Shown: piece after piece, positions 1-9,705 of the stretch
Position numbering within the stretch: position 1 is the stretch's first letter
How the letters are laid out: each line of letters starts with the position of its first letter
Assembly (NCBI GenBank): GCA_902794005.1
Contig: CADBFO010000007.1
Coordinates: forward strand, 9,001 to 73,000
Source of the DNA: an uncultured Bacteroidia bacterium
GTDB lineage: Bacteria; Bacteroidota; Bacteroidia; Bacteroidales; UBA932
DNA length: 64,000 nucleotides
Reading direction: 5' to 3'
Translations under genes and position numbers: made by a program
The notes under the pieces: model-generated
Databases searched by the model: none
The model's input: only the letters and a program-made list of their open reading frames with translations
What the model was told of the DNA's origin: nothing

Positions 1-439
1 GGGAGGCCAGGAGCATGATGGCTCCGGCCAGCACGACGCCCGCCATGATGGCCAGGGTGCTTTTCTTGAAATCCATATTGAGGATGCTGGCCGCCAGCGT
101 CCCGGTCCAGGCACCGGTTCCGGGCAGCGGAATGCCTACAAACAGAAACAGCGCCCAGTACAGGCCGCGACCGGCCTTGGCCTCCAGCTTGCAGCCCCCC
201 TTCTCGCCCTTTTCCAGGCACCAGGTAAAGAACTTTCCGATCACTTTCTTATCCTTCCCCCATTCCAGCACCTTGCGGGCAAAGAGGAAGATGAAGGGGA
301 CAGGCAGCATATTTCCCAGAACAGCCACCAGAATGGAAGGGACCAGCGGAAGTCCGAAGCCCACGGCATAGGGAATGGCCCCGCGGATTTCGATGAGCGG
401 AACCATGGCGATGAGAAAAACCCAAAAATACTTTTTCAT
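1..439 (-). CDS. Small multi-drug export (COG2426-type) membrane protein, 3' end outside the window
   Basis: Manual translation from ATG 439: MKKYFWVFLIAMVPLIEIRGAIP...FVGIPLPGTGAWTGTLAA, motifs typical of the family. Missing from the ORF track because it runs off the window. Confidence 0.85.
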   Translation of the reverse strand, partial: MKKYFWVFLIAMVPLIEIRGAIPYAVGFGLPLVPSILVAVLGNMLPVPFIFLFARKVLEWGKDKKVIGKFFTWCLEKGEKGGCKLEAKAGRGLYWALFLFVGIPLPGTGAWTGTLAASILNMDFKKSTLAIMAGVVLAGAIMLLAS

Positions 440-442
440 GCT

Positions 443-1438
443 CTATTTCTGATTGGCGGCGATGAGCGCACGGATTTCTTCTTTGGCTTCCCTCCAGCGG
501 GGAATGTCTATCTTGGTGCCGATTACCTCCACCACCTTGGCGGCGATAATGGACCCCACCTCCCCGCACACACGCAGGGGCATGCCCAGGGAATGGGCAT
601 ACAGGAATCCCGCGGCATAGGTGTCTCCGGCACCGGTGGCGTCTATCGGGCTGGCCGGCCAGGGGTCGATGAAGTGGTATTCGTCCCCGGACTTGACCAT
701 GGAGCCGTCCTTGCCCACCTTGACGACGGCGATCCGGCAATGGCGGGCCAGCTCATCAACGGCCTCACGGGGTTCCATTTTGGTGAAGGCCTTGGCTTCC
801 GACTCATTGGCGAAAACGATGTCCACATAGTTCTCCACCAGATTGTGGAAGAAGGCGTCGTTGGACTGCACCACGTTGTAGGAGGCCATGTCGATGGAAA
901 TGATGCAGCCGGCTTCCCTGGCCAGCCGGGCGGCCTTGGAAATCAGTTCCTGGTTCTGGACCAGGTAGCCCTCGATGTGGAAGTAATCATAGCCCTGGAA
1001 CTGTTCCAGGGAAAGGTCTTCCGGACCCAGTTCCAGCGTGGCGCCCATGTAATCGGCAAAAGTCCGTTCTGCGTTGGCTCCGGTGATGAACACCATGCAC
1101 CGACCGCTGGATTTGGTGCCATAGAGCATCTGCGCCCGCACTCCATACTGTTCCATGGTGCTTTTGAAGAGGTTGCCCAGGTCGTCGTTGCCGATTTTTC
1201 CGAGGAAGCCGGACGACATCCCGAAGATGGCCGTACAGGTGATGGTGTTGGCTGCGGACCCTCCGGGCACATACTTGACGCCGTATTCCTTGAGGGCGTC
1301 CCAGATGCGGTCCCCGGTTTCCATATCGACGTGCTGCATGCTGCCCAGGGGTAGGTGATATTTTCGGAGAAGGCTGTCGTCCGGCAGGACGGCCAGAATA
1401 TCGGTAAGGGCATTGCCGATGCCAAGGATGGATTTCAT
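443..1438 (-). CDS. PfkB-family carbohydrate/adenosine kinase
   Basis: ILGIGNALTD, GGSAANT and DATGAGDTYAAGF motifs. Start reassigned to MKSILG at 1438. Confidence 0.93.
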   Translation of the reverse strand: MKSILGIGNALTDILAVLPDDSLLRKYHLPLGSMQHVDMETGDRIWDALKEYGVKYVPGGSAANTITCTAIFGMSSGFLGKIGNDDLGNLFKSTMEQYGVRAQMLYGTKSSGRCMVFITGANAERTFADYMGATLELGPEDLSLEQFQGYDYFHIEGYLVQNQELISKAARLAREAGCIISIDMASYNVVQSNDAFFHNLVENYVDIVFANESEAKAFTKMEPREAVDELARHCRIAVVKVGKDGSMVKSGDEYHFIDPWPASPIDATGAGDTYAAGFLYAHSLGMPLRVCGEVGSIIAAKVVEVIGTKIDIPRWREAKEEIRALIAANQK

Positions 1439-1511
1439 AGCGAAATTTGTTGAAGGGTAACTTACAAAATTAGTCAAATTTTGCCGATTTTCCATTATCT
1501 TTGCTTTTTGT

Positions 1512-2519
1512 ATGGGCAAGAATGTTAAAATTATCCTCCAGTATGTCTTTTGGGGAGCCGTGGCCGTCGCTTTGGTGTACTTCTGCCTCCGGAGCATTGA
1601 CTGGAAACAGTTTTCCGAGGCCCTTCGATTGTGCCGATGGGAATATGTCATCCTGTCCATGGTACTGGGAACGGCCGTTTTCTGGATCAGGGGGGACCGC
1701 TGGCGCATGCTCCTGCTGCCTTTCGATCCTGCCACCTCCTCCCTTACCACCTTCAATGCCTACAATATCTGCATGGCCGTGAACCTGGCCCTGCCCCGGG
1801 CCGGGGAGGTGGCCAAACTGGGCTATGTGGTGAAACATTCTGCCATCGGCCCGGATGGAAAAAGGCTCCTGAGCTTTGACAAGGCCCTGGGCACCCTCCT
1901 CATCGAACGGGTCTGGGATGCTTTTGTCACGCTGGCCATGGGGGCTGTGCTGCTGGTGGTGATGTGGAGCAGTTTCGGCGCCTATCTCACGGAAAGCCTG
2001 GCCTCCCTGGGCGGGGCCGGCGTGCTGTGGTGGGTGCTGGGCGGGGCTGTCATCCTTGTCCTGCTGTTGCTGTATCTGGCCTATGCTTTTCGCGAAAAGG
2101 GCGGCGTATGGGGCGGAATCTGGGGCTTTGTCCAGGGAATCGGCAGCGGCCTCTCCTCTTTCTTGAAGATGAAGAAAGCCTGGCTGTTTCTCGTTTACAC
2201 GGTGATCATCTGGGTCATCTACTGGCTCATGAGCGCCTGCATTGTCTGGGCCCTTCAGGATATCGAAGCCTTTTCCTCCCTCACCATGACGGACGCTTTC
2301 TTCCTCATGATTGCCGGCAGCATTTCTTCGGTGGTTCCGGTCCCGGGCGGCTTCGGTGCTTACCACGGCGTGGTTTGCGGCGCCCTCTCCAGCATCTGGG
2401 GCATTCCGATGGGAACGGGCATGATTTTCGCCACGCTCAACCACGAATCCCAAGTCATTACACAGGCCTTCTGCGGCCTGGCTTCCTATATCCACGAAAA
2501 CTTTTTCCGCAAGAAATGA
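1512..2519 (+). CDS. Lysylphosphatidylglycerol synthase TM-region / flippase-like membrane protein
   Basis: Multi-TM protein with RW, N..LPRAGE and VPVPGGFGAYH motifs. Confidence 0.85.
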   Translation: MGKNVKIILQYVFWGAVAVALVYFCLRSIDWKQFSEALRLCRWEYVILSMVLGTAVFWIRGDRWRMLLLPFDPATSSLTTFNAYNICMAVNLALPRAGEVAKLGYVVKHSAIGPDGKRLLSFDKALGTLLIERVWDAFVTLAMGAVLLVVMWSSFGAYLTESLASLGGAGVLWWVLGGAVILVLLLLYLAYAFREKGGVWGGIWGFVQGIGSGLSSFLKMKKAWLFLVYTVIIWVIYWLMSACIVWALQDIEAFSSLTMTDAFFLMIAGSISSVVPVPGGFGAYHGVVCGALSSIWGIPMGTGMIFATLNHESQVITQAFCGLASYIHENFFRKK

Positions 2520-3235
2520 CCCGTCGCTTCGCCCTCATCGGCCATCCTGTGGCCGGTTCGCTGAGTCCCCGCATGATGGCCGCCGCCTACGGGGGCCGAT
2601 ACCGGTACGACCTTCTGGACTTCGAATGCTTCGAGGAAGCCTGGCAGGCCTTTCTGGACGGATACGATGGCATCAACGTGACGGCTCCCTTCAAGCAGAA
2701 CGCTTTTGCCAGGGTGGACGTCTTGTCGGAAAAAGCCCGTGCCACCGGCGCGGTGAATCTGGTCGTTCCCTGTGCCGATGGTTTCATGGGACATAATACG
2801 GATGTGGACGGCGTTCTGCTGGCCCTTCAGGAAACCGGACAGACCTTTGCGCAGGCCCTGGTGGTGGGAACGGGCGGTGCCGCCCGCGCCGCCGTATATG
2901 CCGCCCGCGCCCTGGGTTGCGAGGTGAGCGTCTGTGGCCGGTCTCCGGAGAAGGCGTCGGCCCTGGGCTGTCCGTCGTTTTCCTTCGGGGAGGCCCGTTC
3001 CTTGCGGCCGGACCTTGTCATCTATACCCTTCCGGGGCGGGTGGAAGTGCCCGAGGGGCTGCCGTTTGAAGGGGCTGTCGTGCTGGAGGCGGAATACCGG
3101 ATTCCCCGCTTGGAGCAGGTGGCCTGCCGCCGGTATGTGAGCGGACGGCGCTGGATGCTCGGGCAGGCGGCTGCCGGATATCGGCTTTTCACGGATGAAG
3201 AGCCCGACGTGGAAGAAATGTTGCGGGTCCTGTAA
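2516..3235 (+). CDS. aroE: Shikimate dehydrogenase
   Basis: LIGHPVAGSLSP, GINVTAPFK, GAVN, NTDVDG and GTGGAARA motifs. ATGA overlap with the upstream stop. Confidence 0.92.
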   Translation: MTRRFALIGHPVAGSLSPRMMAAAYGGRYRYDLLDFECFEEAWQAFLDGYDGINVTAPFKQNAFARVDVLSEKARATGAVNLVVPCADGFMGHNTDVDGVLLALQETGQTFAQALVVGTGGAARAAVYAARALGCEVSVCGRSPEKASALGCPSFSFGEARSLRPDLVIYTLPGRVEVPEGLPFEGAVVLEAEYRIPRLEQVACRRYVSGRRWMLGQAAAGYRLFTDEEPDVEEMLRVL

Positions 3236-3306
3236 TTTTTCCGAAAAATATTTCGTAACTTGCCGGTGCGCAGCAAATGCCGCGTAAGCTTTAAACTCAT
3301 TGTATT

Positions 3307-3822
3307 ATGTCACTGAACAAAGTCATGTTGATCGGTAACGTTGGAAGCGAGCCCGAAGTACGTTACCTTGAGAACAATCCGCAAAATCCCGGGGCCAATG
3401 TGAAAGTCGCCACCATTCGTCTGGCCACAACCGAACGCTACCGCGACCGCAACGGCGAGCAGCGGGAAAACACCGAGTGGCACAGCGTGGTGCTCTGGCG
3501 CAACAACGCCGACGTGGCCGAACGATTCATCCACAAGGGCTCCCAGATTTATATCGAGGGCAAGCTCCGCACCCGCCAGTGGACCGACCAGAGCGGCAAC
3601 AAACGGTACACCACCGAAGTCGTGGCCGATACCCTTCAGCTTCTGGGAAAACGTCAGGACGGTGAGGGCGCATCCCCCCAGGGCGGCTACCAGGGCGGTT
3701 ATGCCCAGCAGCCCGCCGCTCCGGTCCAGCCTCAGCCTTCCGCTCCGGCGCAGCCGCCGGTGAATCCGGCCTACCAGGGCCCTCTCCCCGCCGCCGAACC
3801 TTCCGACGACCTTCCGTTCTAA
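3307..3822 (+). CDS. ssb: Single-stranded DNA-binding protein
   Basis: LNKVMLIGN, TEWHSVV, IYIEGKLRTR and C-terminal DDLPF. Confidence 0.97.
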   Translation: MSLNKVMLIGNVGSEPEVRYLENNPQNPGANVKVATIRLATTERYRDRNGEQRENTEWHSVVLWRNNADVAERFIHKGSQIYIEGKLRTRQWTDQSGNKRYTTEVVADTLQLLGKRQDGEGASPQGGYQGGYAQQPAAPVQPQPSAPAQPPVNPAYQGPLPAAEPSDDLPF

Positions 3823-4643
3823 CCCTGCCGCTGGCGAACGGCTTCGAAAAGCAGGATGGCGGCCGATACGGACACGTTGAGGCTGTCCAGGCGTCCCAGC
3901 ATGGGGATGCGGATATGCGCCGATGCAGCCTTCCGCCACACATCTGTGAGACCCGTGGATTCCGTTCCCATCACCAGGGCGGTTCCGCGGGTCATATTTA
4001 CATCGTAATACAGGGAGGAATCCTGCAGCTGGGCCGTGAGGATCCGGATGCCGCGTGCCTGCAGGAAGGCGATGGCTTCCTCCGATGAGCAGGCGACGGC
4101 GGGTACGGTGAACACGGCGCCGATGGAGGCCCGGATAAGGTTGGGGTTGTAGAGGTCTGTGAGAGGGTCGCAGAGGAGGACGGCATCGGCCCGGGCGGCG
4201 TCGGCGCTGCGAAGGACGGCGCCCAGGTTGCCGGGCTTTTCCACCGACTCCAGCACCATGATCAAGGGATTCTCCGGGAGGCGCAAGTCTTCCAGTTTCA
4301 GGGGTTTATACTCCACTTCCGCGATGATGCCCTCCGTGCTTTCGCGATACGCGACCTTGCGGTACAATTGCTCCGGAAGTTCTATGACGGAAGATTCTTC
4401 GCTTCGCTCAGAATGACAGGCGGCTTGTTTTGTCATTCTGAGGAGGTCTGTCACCTCCGAAGAATCTCCAACCTCCGGGCACACGAAAACGGTGCGAACC
4501 TTGTACCCGGCCTCCAGGCAGTGCCGCAGTTCCCTTCGGCCTTCCACCACAAAAAGCCCCTGTTCCCGCCGCGCTTTGGACTTTTCCTGCAACAGCAGCA
4601 GATTCTTTATCTTGGGATTCTGGGCCGATGTGATGATTTCCAT
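3819..4643 (-). CDS. TrmH/SpoU-family RNA methyltransferase carrying an in-frame palindromic insertion
   Basis: EKPGNLGAVLRSADA, MGTESTGL and IPMLGRLDSLNVSVSAA SPOUT motifs. Confidence 0.93.
   Translation of the reverse strand: MEIITSAQNPKIKNLLLLQEKSKARREQGLFVVEGRRELRHCLEAGYKVRTVFVCPEVGDSSEVTDLLRMTKQAACHSERSEESSVIELPEQLYRKVAYRESTEGIIAEVEYKPLKLEDLRLPENPLIMVLESVEKPGNLGAVLRSADAARADAVLLCDPLTDLYNPNLIRASIGAVFTVPAVACSSEEAIAFLQARGIRILTAQLQDSSLYYDVNMTRGTALVMGTESTGLTDVWRKAASAHIRIPMLGRLDSLNVSVSAAILLFEAVRQRQG
4392..4467. repeat. Inverted pair of TGTCATTCTGAG...GAAGAATCT palindromic repeats inside the TrmH-family gene
   Basis: AGATTCTTCGCTTCGCTCAGAATGACA (4392-4418) and TGTCATTCTGAGGAGGTCTGTCACCTCCGAAGAATCT (4431-4467). 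Confidence 0.9.
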
Positions 4644-6158
4644 CTAGAATTTCTCCGGACGCATGGTGGGGAAGAACAGCACGTCCTGGATGGTCTCCGC
4701 ACCGGTCATGAACATGGTGAGACGGTCGATGCCGATGCCGATACCGCTGGTGGGCGGCATGCCGTATTCCAGGGCGCGCACAAAGTCATAGTCGATGTAC
4801 ATGGCCTCGTCGTCCCCCTTGTTCTTGAGGGCGGCCTGCTCCTCGAAGCGTTCCAGCTGGTCCACGGGGTCGTTGAGCTCGGAGTAGGCATTGGCCAGTT
4901 CCTTACCGTTTACAAAAAGTTCGAAGCGCTCGGTGAGCGTGTCGTCGTAACGGCAGCGCTTGGTGAGCGGGGACATCTCCACGGGATAGTCGATGAGGAA
5001 AGTGGGCTGGACCAGGTTCTTTTCCACATACTCGCCCACAATGGCATCGATGAGCTTGCCCACACCCATTTCGGGGCTCACTTCCACGTTCAGTTGCTTG
5101 CACGCTTCGCGAAGCCGGGCTTCATCCATGCCCCTGACATCCACGCCGGCATACTCCTGGATGGCATCCAGGATTCTCAGGCGGCGGAACGGGCCTTCGA
5201 AGGAAATCTCGTTTCCGCCGATGGTCTTTTTGACCCCGCCGGTGGCTTCGGCCACACGCTGGAGCATCTTTTCGGTGAATTCCATCATCCAGAGATAGTC
5301 CTTGTAGGCAATGTACATTTCCACACAGGTGAATTCCGGATTGTGGGTTTTGTCCATGCCTTCGTTGCGGAAATTCTTGGCAAACTCGTACACGCCGGAG
5401 AAACCGCCCACGATGAGACGCTTCAGATACAGTTCATTGGCGATGCGCATGTACATGTCCACGTCCAGGGCATTGTGGTGGGTGATGAACGGACGGGCGG
5501 TGGCGCCTCCCGGAATGGGCTGCAGGATGGGCGTTTCCACCTCCAGGCAGCCGGCCTCGTTGAAGCACTGCCGCATGGTATTGATGATGAGGGTGCGCTT
5601 CACGAAGGTCTCCTTCACCTGCGGGTTCACCACAAGATCCACATACCGCTGACGGTAGCGGAGTTCCGGGTCTTCGAAACTGTCATGGACGGTTCCGTCG
5701 GCATCGGTCTTCACGATGGGGAGCACGCGGAGCGACTTCGAAAGGACCGTGAGCTCCTTGGCATGGACGGACAGCTGGCCGGTCTGGGTGTAGAAGGCGA
5801 AACCCTTGATGCCCACGATGTCTCCGATGTCCAGGAGTTTTTTGAACACGGTGTTGTAAAGGGTTTTGTCCTCCGAGGGGCAAATCTCGTCCCGCTTCAC
5901 ATACACCTGGATGCGGCCGGCATGGTCCTGCAGCTCCATGAAGGAAGCGGCGCCCATGATGCGGCGGCTCATGATGCGGCCGGCGATGCACACGTCCTGG
6001 AAATTGCCTTCTTCCGGCTTGAAGCCGGCGGTGATTTCCGCGGTGGTGGCGTTCACCGGATACAGCGGTGCCGGATAGGGATTGATGCCCAGTTCCCGTA
6101 ATTTGTTCAAAGACTCTCTGCGTCCCAGCTCTTGCTCGTTGAATTCTGCGTATGCCAT
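4644..6158 (-). CDS. lysS: Lysine--tRNA ligase (class II)
   Basis: [29 protein letters not shown] and [16 protein letters not shown]. Start MAYAEF at 6158. Confidence 0.98.
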   Translation of the reverse strand: MAYAEFNEQELGRRESLNKLRELGINPYPAPLYPVNATTAEITAGFKPEEGNFQDVCIAGRIMSRRIMGAASFMELQDHAGRIQVYVKRDEICPSEDKTLYNTVFKKLLDIGDIVGIKGFAFYTQTGQLSVHAKELTVLSKSLRVLPIVKTDADGTVHDSFEDPELRYRQRYVDLVVNPQVKETFVKRTLIINTMRQCFNEAGCLEVETPILQPIPGGATARPFITHHNALDVDMYMRIANELYLKRLIVGGFSGVYEFAKNFRNEGMDKTHNPEFTCVEMYIAYKDYLWMMEFTEKMLQRVAEATGGVKKTIGGNEISFEGPFRRLRILDAIQEYAGVDVRGMDEARLREACKQLNVEVSPEMGVGKLIDAIVGEYVEKNLVQPTFLIDYPVEMSPLTKRCRYDDTLTERFELFVNGKELANAYSELNDPVDQLERFEEQAALKNKGDDEAMYIDYDFVRALEYGMPPTSGIGIGIDRLTMFMTGAETIQDVLFFPTMRPEKF

Positions 6159-6392
6159 GGTAAAAAACGTTTTCTGCAATAAGAATGCAAAGATACGAAA
6201 AAAATGCTTAGATTTATAGTTGACGATAGAATCGTTTTCCGGGTCACACAATTATCAATGGCGCAGTTGTCTCGTTCATCTTTTCCTAATACGATTCCTT
6301 TTTTCGTTCTGTTTTTTTCGGAATTCCTTCGTTCCCCCCTTCCGTGGAGACTTTTTCGATGACAAAGTTCGGAGGGCTCTTCGGGAGGGGCG

Positions 6393-6437
6393 TTTGGTTT
6401 TCTCGTACAATGTTCTTAACTTGCCAAGAGAAGTGAC
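6393..6437 (+). repeat. 45-bp direct repeat copy 1 (Rhs-derived, encodes LVFSYNVLNLPREVT)
   Basis: TTTGGTTTTCTCGTACAATGTTCTTAACTTGCCAAGAGAAGTGAC, near-identical to 9376-9420 and 11676-11720. Confidence 0.92.
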
Positions 6438-6603
6438 CCCTGATCCCAAGTATGGAAGATGAGTAAGCCAATCCAAGCATAATAGAACGGCACAACAATA
6501 TTATAAAGATTTTGAACAGTTTCTGAAAAGCAATGAGTTTGTGACAGAGAAAGATATAGTTGATTTCGCTGAATCATTAATGGTTAAATATGGCTTGTAC
6601 TGA
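6394..6603 (+). pseudogene. Rhs repeat fragment fused to the tail of a putative toxin domain, with an internal TGA
   Basis: Reads LVFSYNVLNLPREVTPDPKYGR*VSQSKHNRTAQQYYKDFEQFL...FAESLMVKYGLY*. The final stop overlaps the start of the next gene. Confidence 0.6.
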
Positions 6604-7207
6604 TTTCTATCGTTTTCGGAGTCGCGCATATGGAACGACTTTTACCGCTAGGCCTGATATCTTTGAAAAGGCACTGAAAGAAGGGAGAAATGATTTTGAT
6701 CTCCACTGTCACAAGTTTCTTTTCCATGGAGATTATGAATACTATCGATTCCCTATTGTTTTTCGTCAATATGACGGGAAACACCTTAGAGATTTCCTTG
6801 ACTTAGGGTATCCTCCTATTTGTCTGGTGTCAAATAGAGTTATTGATCTTCTAAGAGAGAATACTATAACAGGATGGAAGAACTATCCAATCTCTCTCTT
6901 TGATAAAAAGGGAAATGTTATAGAGGGCTATTCTGGCTTTTCTGTGGTTGGAAAAGGAGGGAAATTTACTCAATTTTGGGATTATGGATACATTCCGGAA
7001 TCAAACAAAAGCTATATCAAACGTCGTGGCATTTATGACATAAGTCAATGGGATGGGTCTGACATCTTTTTGGTTCATAATTACATTGTGATTACGGAAC
7101 GAGTGATGGAATTGATGAAATCAATAAAAGTCACAGCTGTTGAATATGAAAGGCTTTCTGATGATACAGACATAATAGGTAAACCTCTATTCTCACTCAA
7201 ATTTTGA
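6590..7207 (+). CDS. Probable polymorphic-toxin immunity protein (Imm11/DUF1629- or Imm43-like)
   Basis: AT-rich ORF coupled to the toxin-tail remnant. LVSNRVIDLL...ITGW..YPI.L.DK.G..IEGY and WDGSDIF pattern. Confidence 0.7.
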   Translation: MACTDFYRFRSRAYGTTFTARPDIFEKALKEGRNDFDLHCHKFLFHGDYEYYRFPIVFRQYDGKHLRDFLDLGYPPICLVSNRVIDLLRENTITGWKNYPISLFDKKGNVIEGYSGFSVVGKGGKFTQFWDYGYIPESNKSYIKRRGIYDISQWDGSDIFLVHNYIVITERVMELMKSIKVTAVEYERLSDDTDIIGKPLFSLKF

Positions 7208-7210
7208 AAA

Positions 7211-7271
7211 TTACATTCGTTATGATGTAATTTCAGAAATATTTCTTATATTTGCATCCGAACGAATGTAA
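7211..7271. promoter_or_regulatory. Two 20-bp imperfect palindromic operators (41-bp spacing) overlapping the -7 promoter element of hip operon 1
   Basis: TTACATTCGTTATGATGTAA (7211) and TTGCATCCGAACGAATGTAA (7252). TATATTTG lies at 7247-7254. Confidence 0.65.
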
Positions 7272-7273
7272 TC

Positions 7274-7480
7274 ATGAACAGCAATCTCATATCTTCAGCA
7301 TTGAAATCCCTGCGGAAAGAGCATGGCCTCACGCAGGTGGACCTTGCAATGAAATCAGGTGTAGGCCTTAATTTCGTCCGGGAATTAGAGCAGGGCAAAG
7401 CAACGGTCCGTCTAGACAAAGTGGCCCAAGTTTTTGATTTGTTTGGATACGAATTGGTTCCTCAAAAGAAGGCGAGATGA
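7274..7480 (+). CDS. HipB-like XRE HTH protein
   Basis: RKEHGLTQVDLA..SGVGLNFVRELEQGK HTH_3 signature, first gene of the hip operon. Confidence 0.9.
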   Translation: MNSNLISSALKSLRKEHGLTQVDLAMKSGVGLNFVRELEQGKATVRLDKVAQVFDLFGYELVPQKKAR

Positions 7481-7809
7481 GTAAAGCATTGATTAAGTAC
7501 AAAGGAAATACGGCCGGCATCCTTGAAGAGACGGATGAGGGTTATGAGTTCCGCTATGACAGAGAGTATCTTGCCAATTCAGATGCTGCCCCTGTCAGCC
7601 TGACGCTGCCATTATCGGAGAAGGCCTACAAGTCTCCGGTTCTTTTCCCTTTCTTTGATGGCCTCATCCCGGAAGGATGGCTGCTGGATGTAGCGCTGCG
7701 AAACACGGATATCAGTGAACTGGACAGGTTCTCCCTGCTTCTTCTATGCTGCAAGGACTGCATTGGCGCTGTAAGTGTAATTCCAATAAAGGAGGACAGT
7801 GATGAGTAA
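7477..7809 (+). CDS. HipA N-terminal (Couple_hipA) domain protein
   Basis: FRYD..YL...PVSLTLP...LFPFFDGLIPEGW...DCIGAV. Confidence 0.9.
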   Translation: MSKALIKYKGNTAGILEETDEGYEFRYDREYLANSDAAPVSLTLPLSEKAYKSPVLFPFFDGLIPEGWLLDVALRNTDISELDRFSLLLLCCKDCIGAVSVIPIKEDSDE

Positions 7810-8728
7810 GTGTTTATATTGTTATAAGGAACTCGGCCCCGGCGAAGTGGATTACCACAAATCCTGTTGCCGGAAGTTCTTCGGAACTACTACGGTTCCG
7901 TCCTTAGAATACACGCGTGCGCAGATGGATGAACTTGCCGCCCAGGTAATAAAGTCGCAGACCACACTCACCGGCGTGCAGCCCAAACTGTCCCTGAATC
8001 TGGACAAACACAAAGATTCTCAGAAACTTACCATTGTGGGTCTTTGGGGCAGTTACATTTTCAAGCCCCAGACGGAACGCTATGCAATGCTGCCCGAGAA
8101 CGAAGACCTGACCATGCATCTTGCCCAGATTGCAAAACTCAAGGTTGTTCCACATACGCTTATCCGTATGAAAGACGGTAGCATTGGATATCTGACCAGA
8201 CGAATCGACCGTAAAGCAGATGGAGAAAAGATTGCAATGGAGGATATGTGCCAGCTTACAGAGCGTCAGACCGAGCATAAGTATCGGAGCTCATACGAGC
8301 AGATAGGAAAGACCATCAGAAAGTTTTCTGAAAACGCCCAGTTGGATATGGTAGATTTCCTGGAGTTGGTGTATTTCTCCTGGCTTACGGGGAACAACGA
8401 TATGCATCTGAAGAACTTTTCACTGTATTCTCCTACAGGCAAGCCTGTCCTCACTCCTGCTTACGATCTACTCAATTCGGCCATAAGCAATCCTGCCGAT
8501 GACGAAGAATTGGCACTCAATCTCAATGGGAAAAAGAAGCGGATCAATGACAAAGACTTCAAGGCTGCATACCTCACCTGCGGCGTTCCTGAGATAGTTT
8601 TTGACCGCGTCAAAAAGAAGTATGTGAAACTTCTTCCCAAGTTTGAGGAGGAGATTCAGCGCTCATTCCTTTCTGATGAGTTAAAGGTCTCGTATATCGA
8701 GATTCTACACAAGAGACTTGGAGACTAG
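7802..8728 (+). CDS. HipA-family Ser/Thr kinase toxin (C-terminal domain protein)
   Basis: TLTGVQPKLS, YIFKP, GNNDMHLKNFS and LTPAYDL. N-terminal CLYC..C motif. Confidence 0.93.
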   Translation: MSKCLYCYKELGPGEVDYHKSCCRKFFGTTTVPSLEYTRAQMDELAAQVIKSQTTLTGVQPKLSLNLDKHKDSQKLTIVGLWGSYIFKPQTERYAMLPENEDLTMHLAQIAKLKVVPHTLIRMKDGSIGYLTRRIDRKADGEKIAMEDMCQLTERQTEHKYRSSYEQIGKTIRKFSENAQLDMVDFLELVYFSWLTGNNDMHLKNFSLYSPTGKPVLTPAYDLLNSAISNPADDEELALNLNGKKKRINDKDFKAAYLTCGVPEIVFDRVKKKYVKLLPKFEEEIQRSFLSDELKVSYIEILHKRLGD

Positions 8729-8753
8729 CTTTAGATAATCTTACCTTTGTCTT

Positions 8754-9221
8754 ATGGAATACCTGTCAAAACAGCGCTACGACGAAATATCGGCAGAACT
8801 GAACCACCTTATCAACGAGGTCTACCCCACCGTGCAGGAAGACCTTGCAGAAGCCAGTGCCCAAGGCGACCGCAGCGACAACGCCGGTTACCGTGAAGCA
8901 CGGCGCATCCAGGGAAAGACCATCAGCCGCATCCGTTTCCTCCAGAAGATTCTGGAGCACTCCCGCGTAATCGATCCGGAAGTGCTCCCCAAGGACAGGG
9001 TATCCCTCCTCAGCCGTGTGGAATTCACCAACCTCCAGACCAACACGCGAATGCGTTTTCAGATAGTGAGCCCGCACGAGATGGACCTTGAAGCCGGAAA
9101 GATTTCCCTTAAATCCCCTATCGGCGCTGCCCTCATGGGCAAGAAGGCAGGCGAAATAGCAGAGGCCAAGGTTCCTTCCGGAACCCTTCGGCTAAAAATA
9201 GAAAGCATCACCCTGGATTGA
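8754..9221 (+). CDS. GreA/GreB-family transcription factor paralogue
   Basis: A..QGDRSDNAGY..AR coiled-coil tip and KISLKSPIGAALMGKKAGE. Confidence 0.88.
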   Translation: MEYLSKQRYDEISAELNHLINEVYPTVQEDLAEASAQGDRSDNAGYREARRIQGKTISRIRFLQKILEHSRVIDPEVLPKDRVSLLSRVEFTNLQTNTRMRFQIVSPHEMDLEAGKISLKSPIGAALMGKKAGEIAEAKVPSGTLRLKIESITLD

Positions 9222-9302
9222 GGTGATGCTTTTTTTGGGCTCACCTGCAAAGTTCCGTGGGAGATGCATTGTCCATGGGATGGCAGGATGTAGTTAAAAA
9301 CA

Positions 9303-9337
9303 GAGAGCGGCCCACCACTTAGGTCGCTCTCCTTTTT
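9303..9337 (+). terminator. Probable intrinsic terminator downstream of the gre paralogue
   Basis: GAGAGCGGCC/GGTCGCTCTC stem followed by CTTTTT. Confidence 0.6.
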
Positions 9338-9705
9338 CATGCCCTTGGCAACCTTACCAATGACGGCCGAAAAGGTTTGGTTTTCTCGTACAATGTTTGT
9401 AACTTGCACTAGGAAGTGACCTCGAGTGCTTCCGGCTCATTGACCTATACCTATCTGTCGGACGGCTCCGCAGGCAAGGAGAGCCAAGCCTTCGGCGCCA
9501 GAATGTATGACCCCTTCACTGCAAGGTGGACCACCGCGGACCCGTTGGCGGCCAAATATGACAGCATGTCGCCGTACAACTACTGTGGTGGGAATCCGGT
9601 GTTTTTTGAGGACCCATCAGGTATGAGTCCGGTGTATTCTTCGGATGGCGCGTTTTTAGGCACCGATGACGAGGGATTAAAAGGCAAGTATATTGTAATG
9701 GATGC
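9338..9705 (+). pseudogene. Collapsed Rhs repeat-associated core remnant
   Basis: HALGNLTNDGRKGLVFSYNVCNLH*EVT...YTYLSDG..GKE..FGARMYDPFTARWTTADPLA.KY..SPYNYCGGNP...DPSG. In-frame TAG, internal deletions, truncated tip. Confidence 0.88.
9376..9420 (+). repeat. 45-bp direct repeat copy 2
   Basis: TTTGGTTTTCTCGTACAATGTTTGTAACTTGCACTAGGAAGTGAC. Confidence 0.92.

Noticed and set aside
6460-6462. In-frame TGA as evidence for stop-codon recoding
   Set aside because: Many intact core genes here (recJ, parC, rmuC, batA) end properly at TGA. The region is a decayed remnant.
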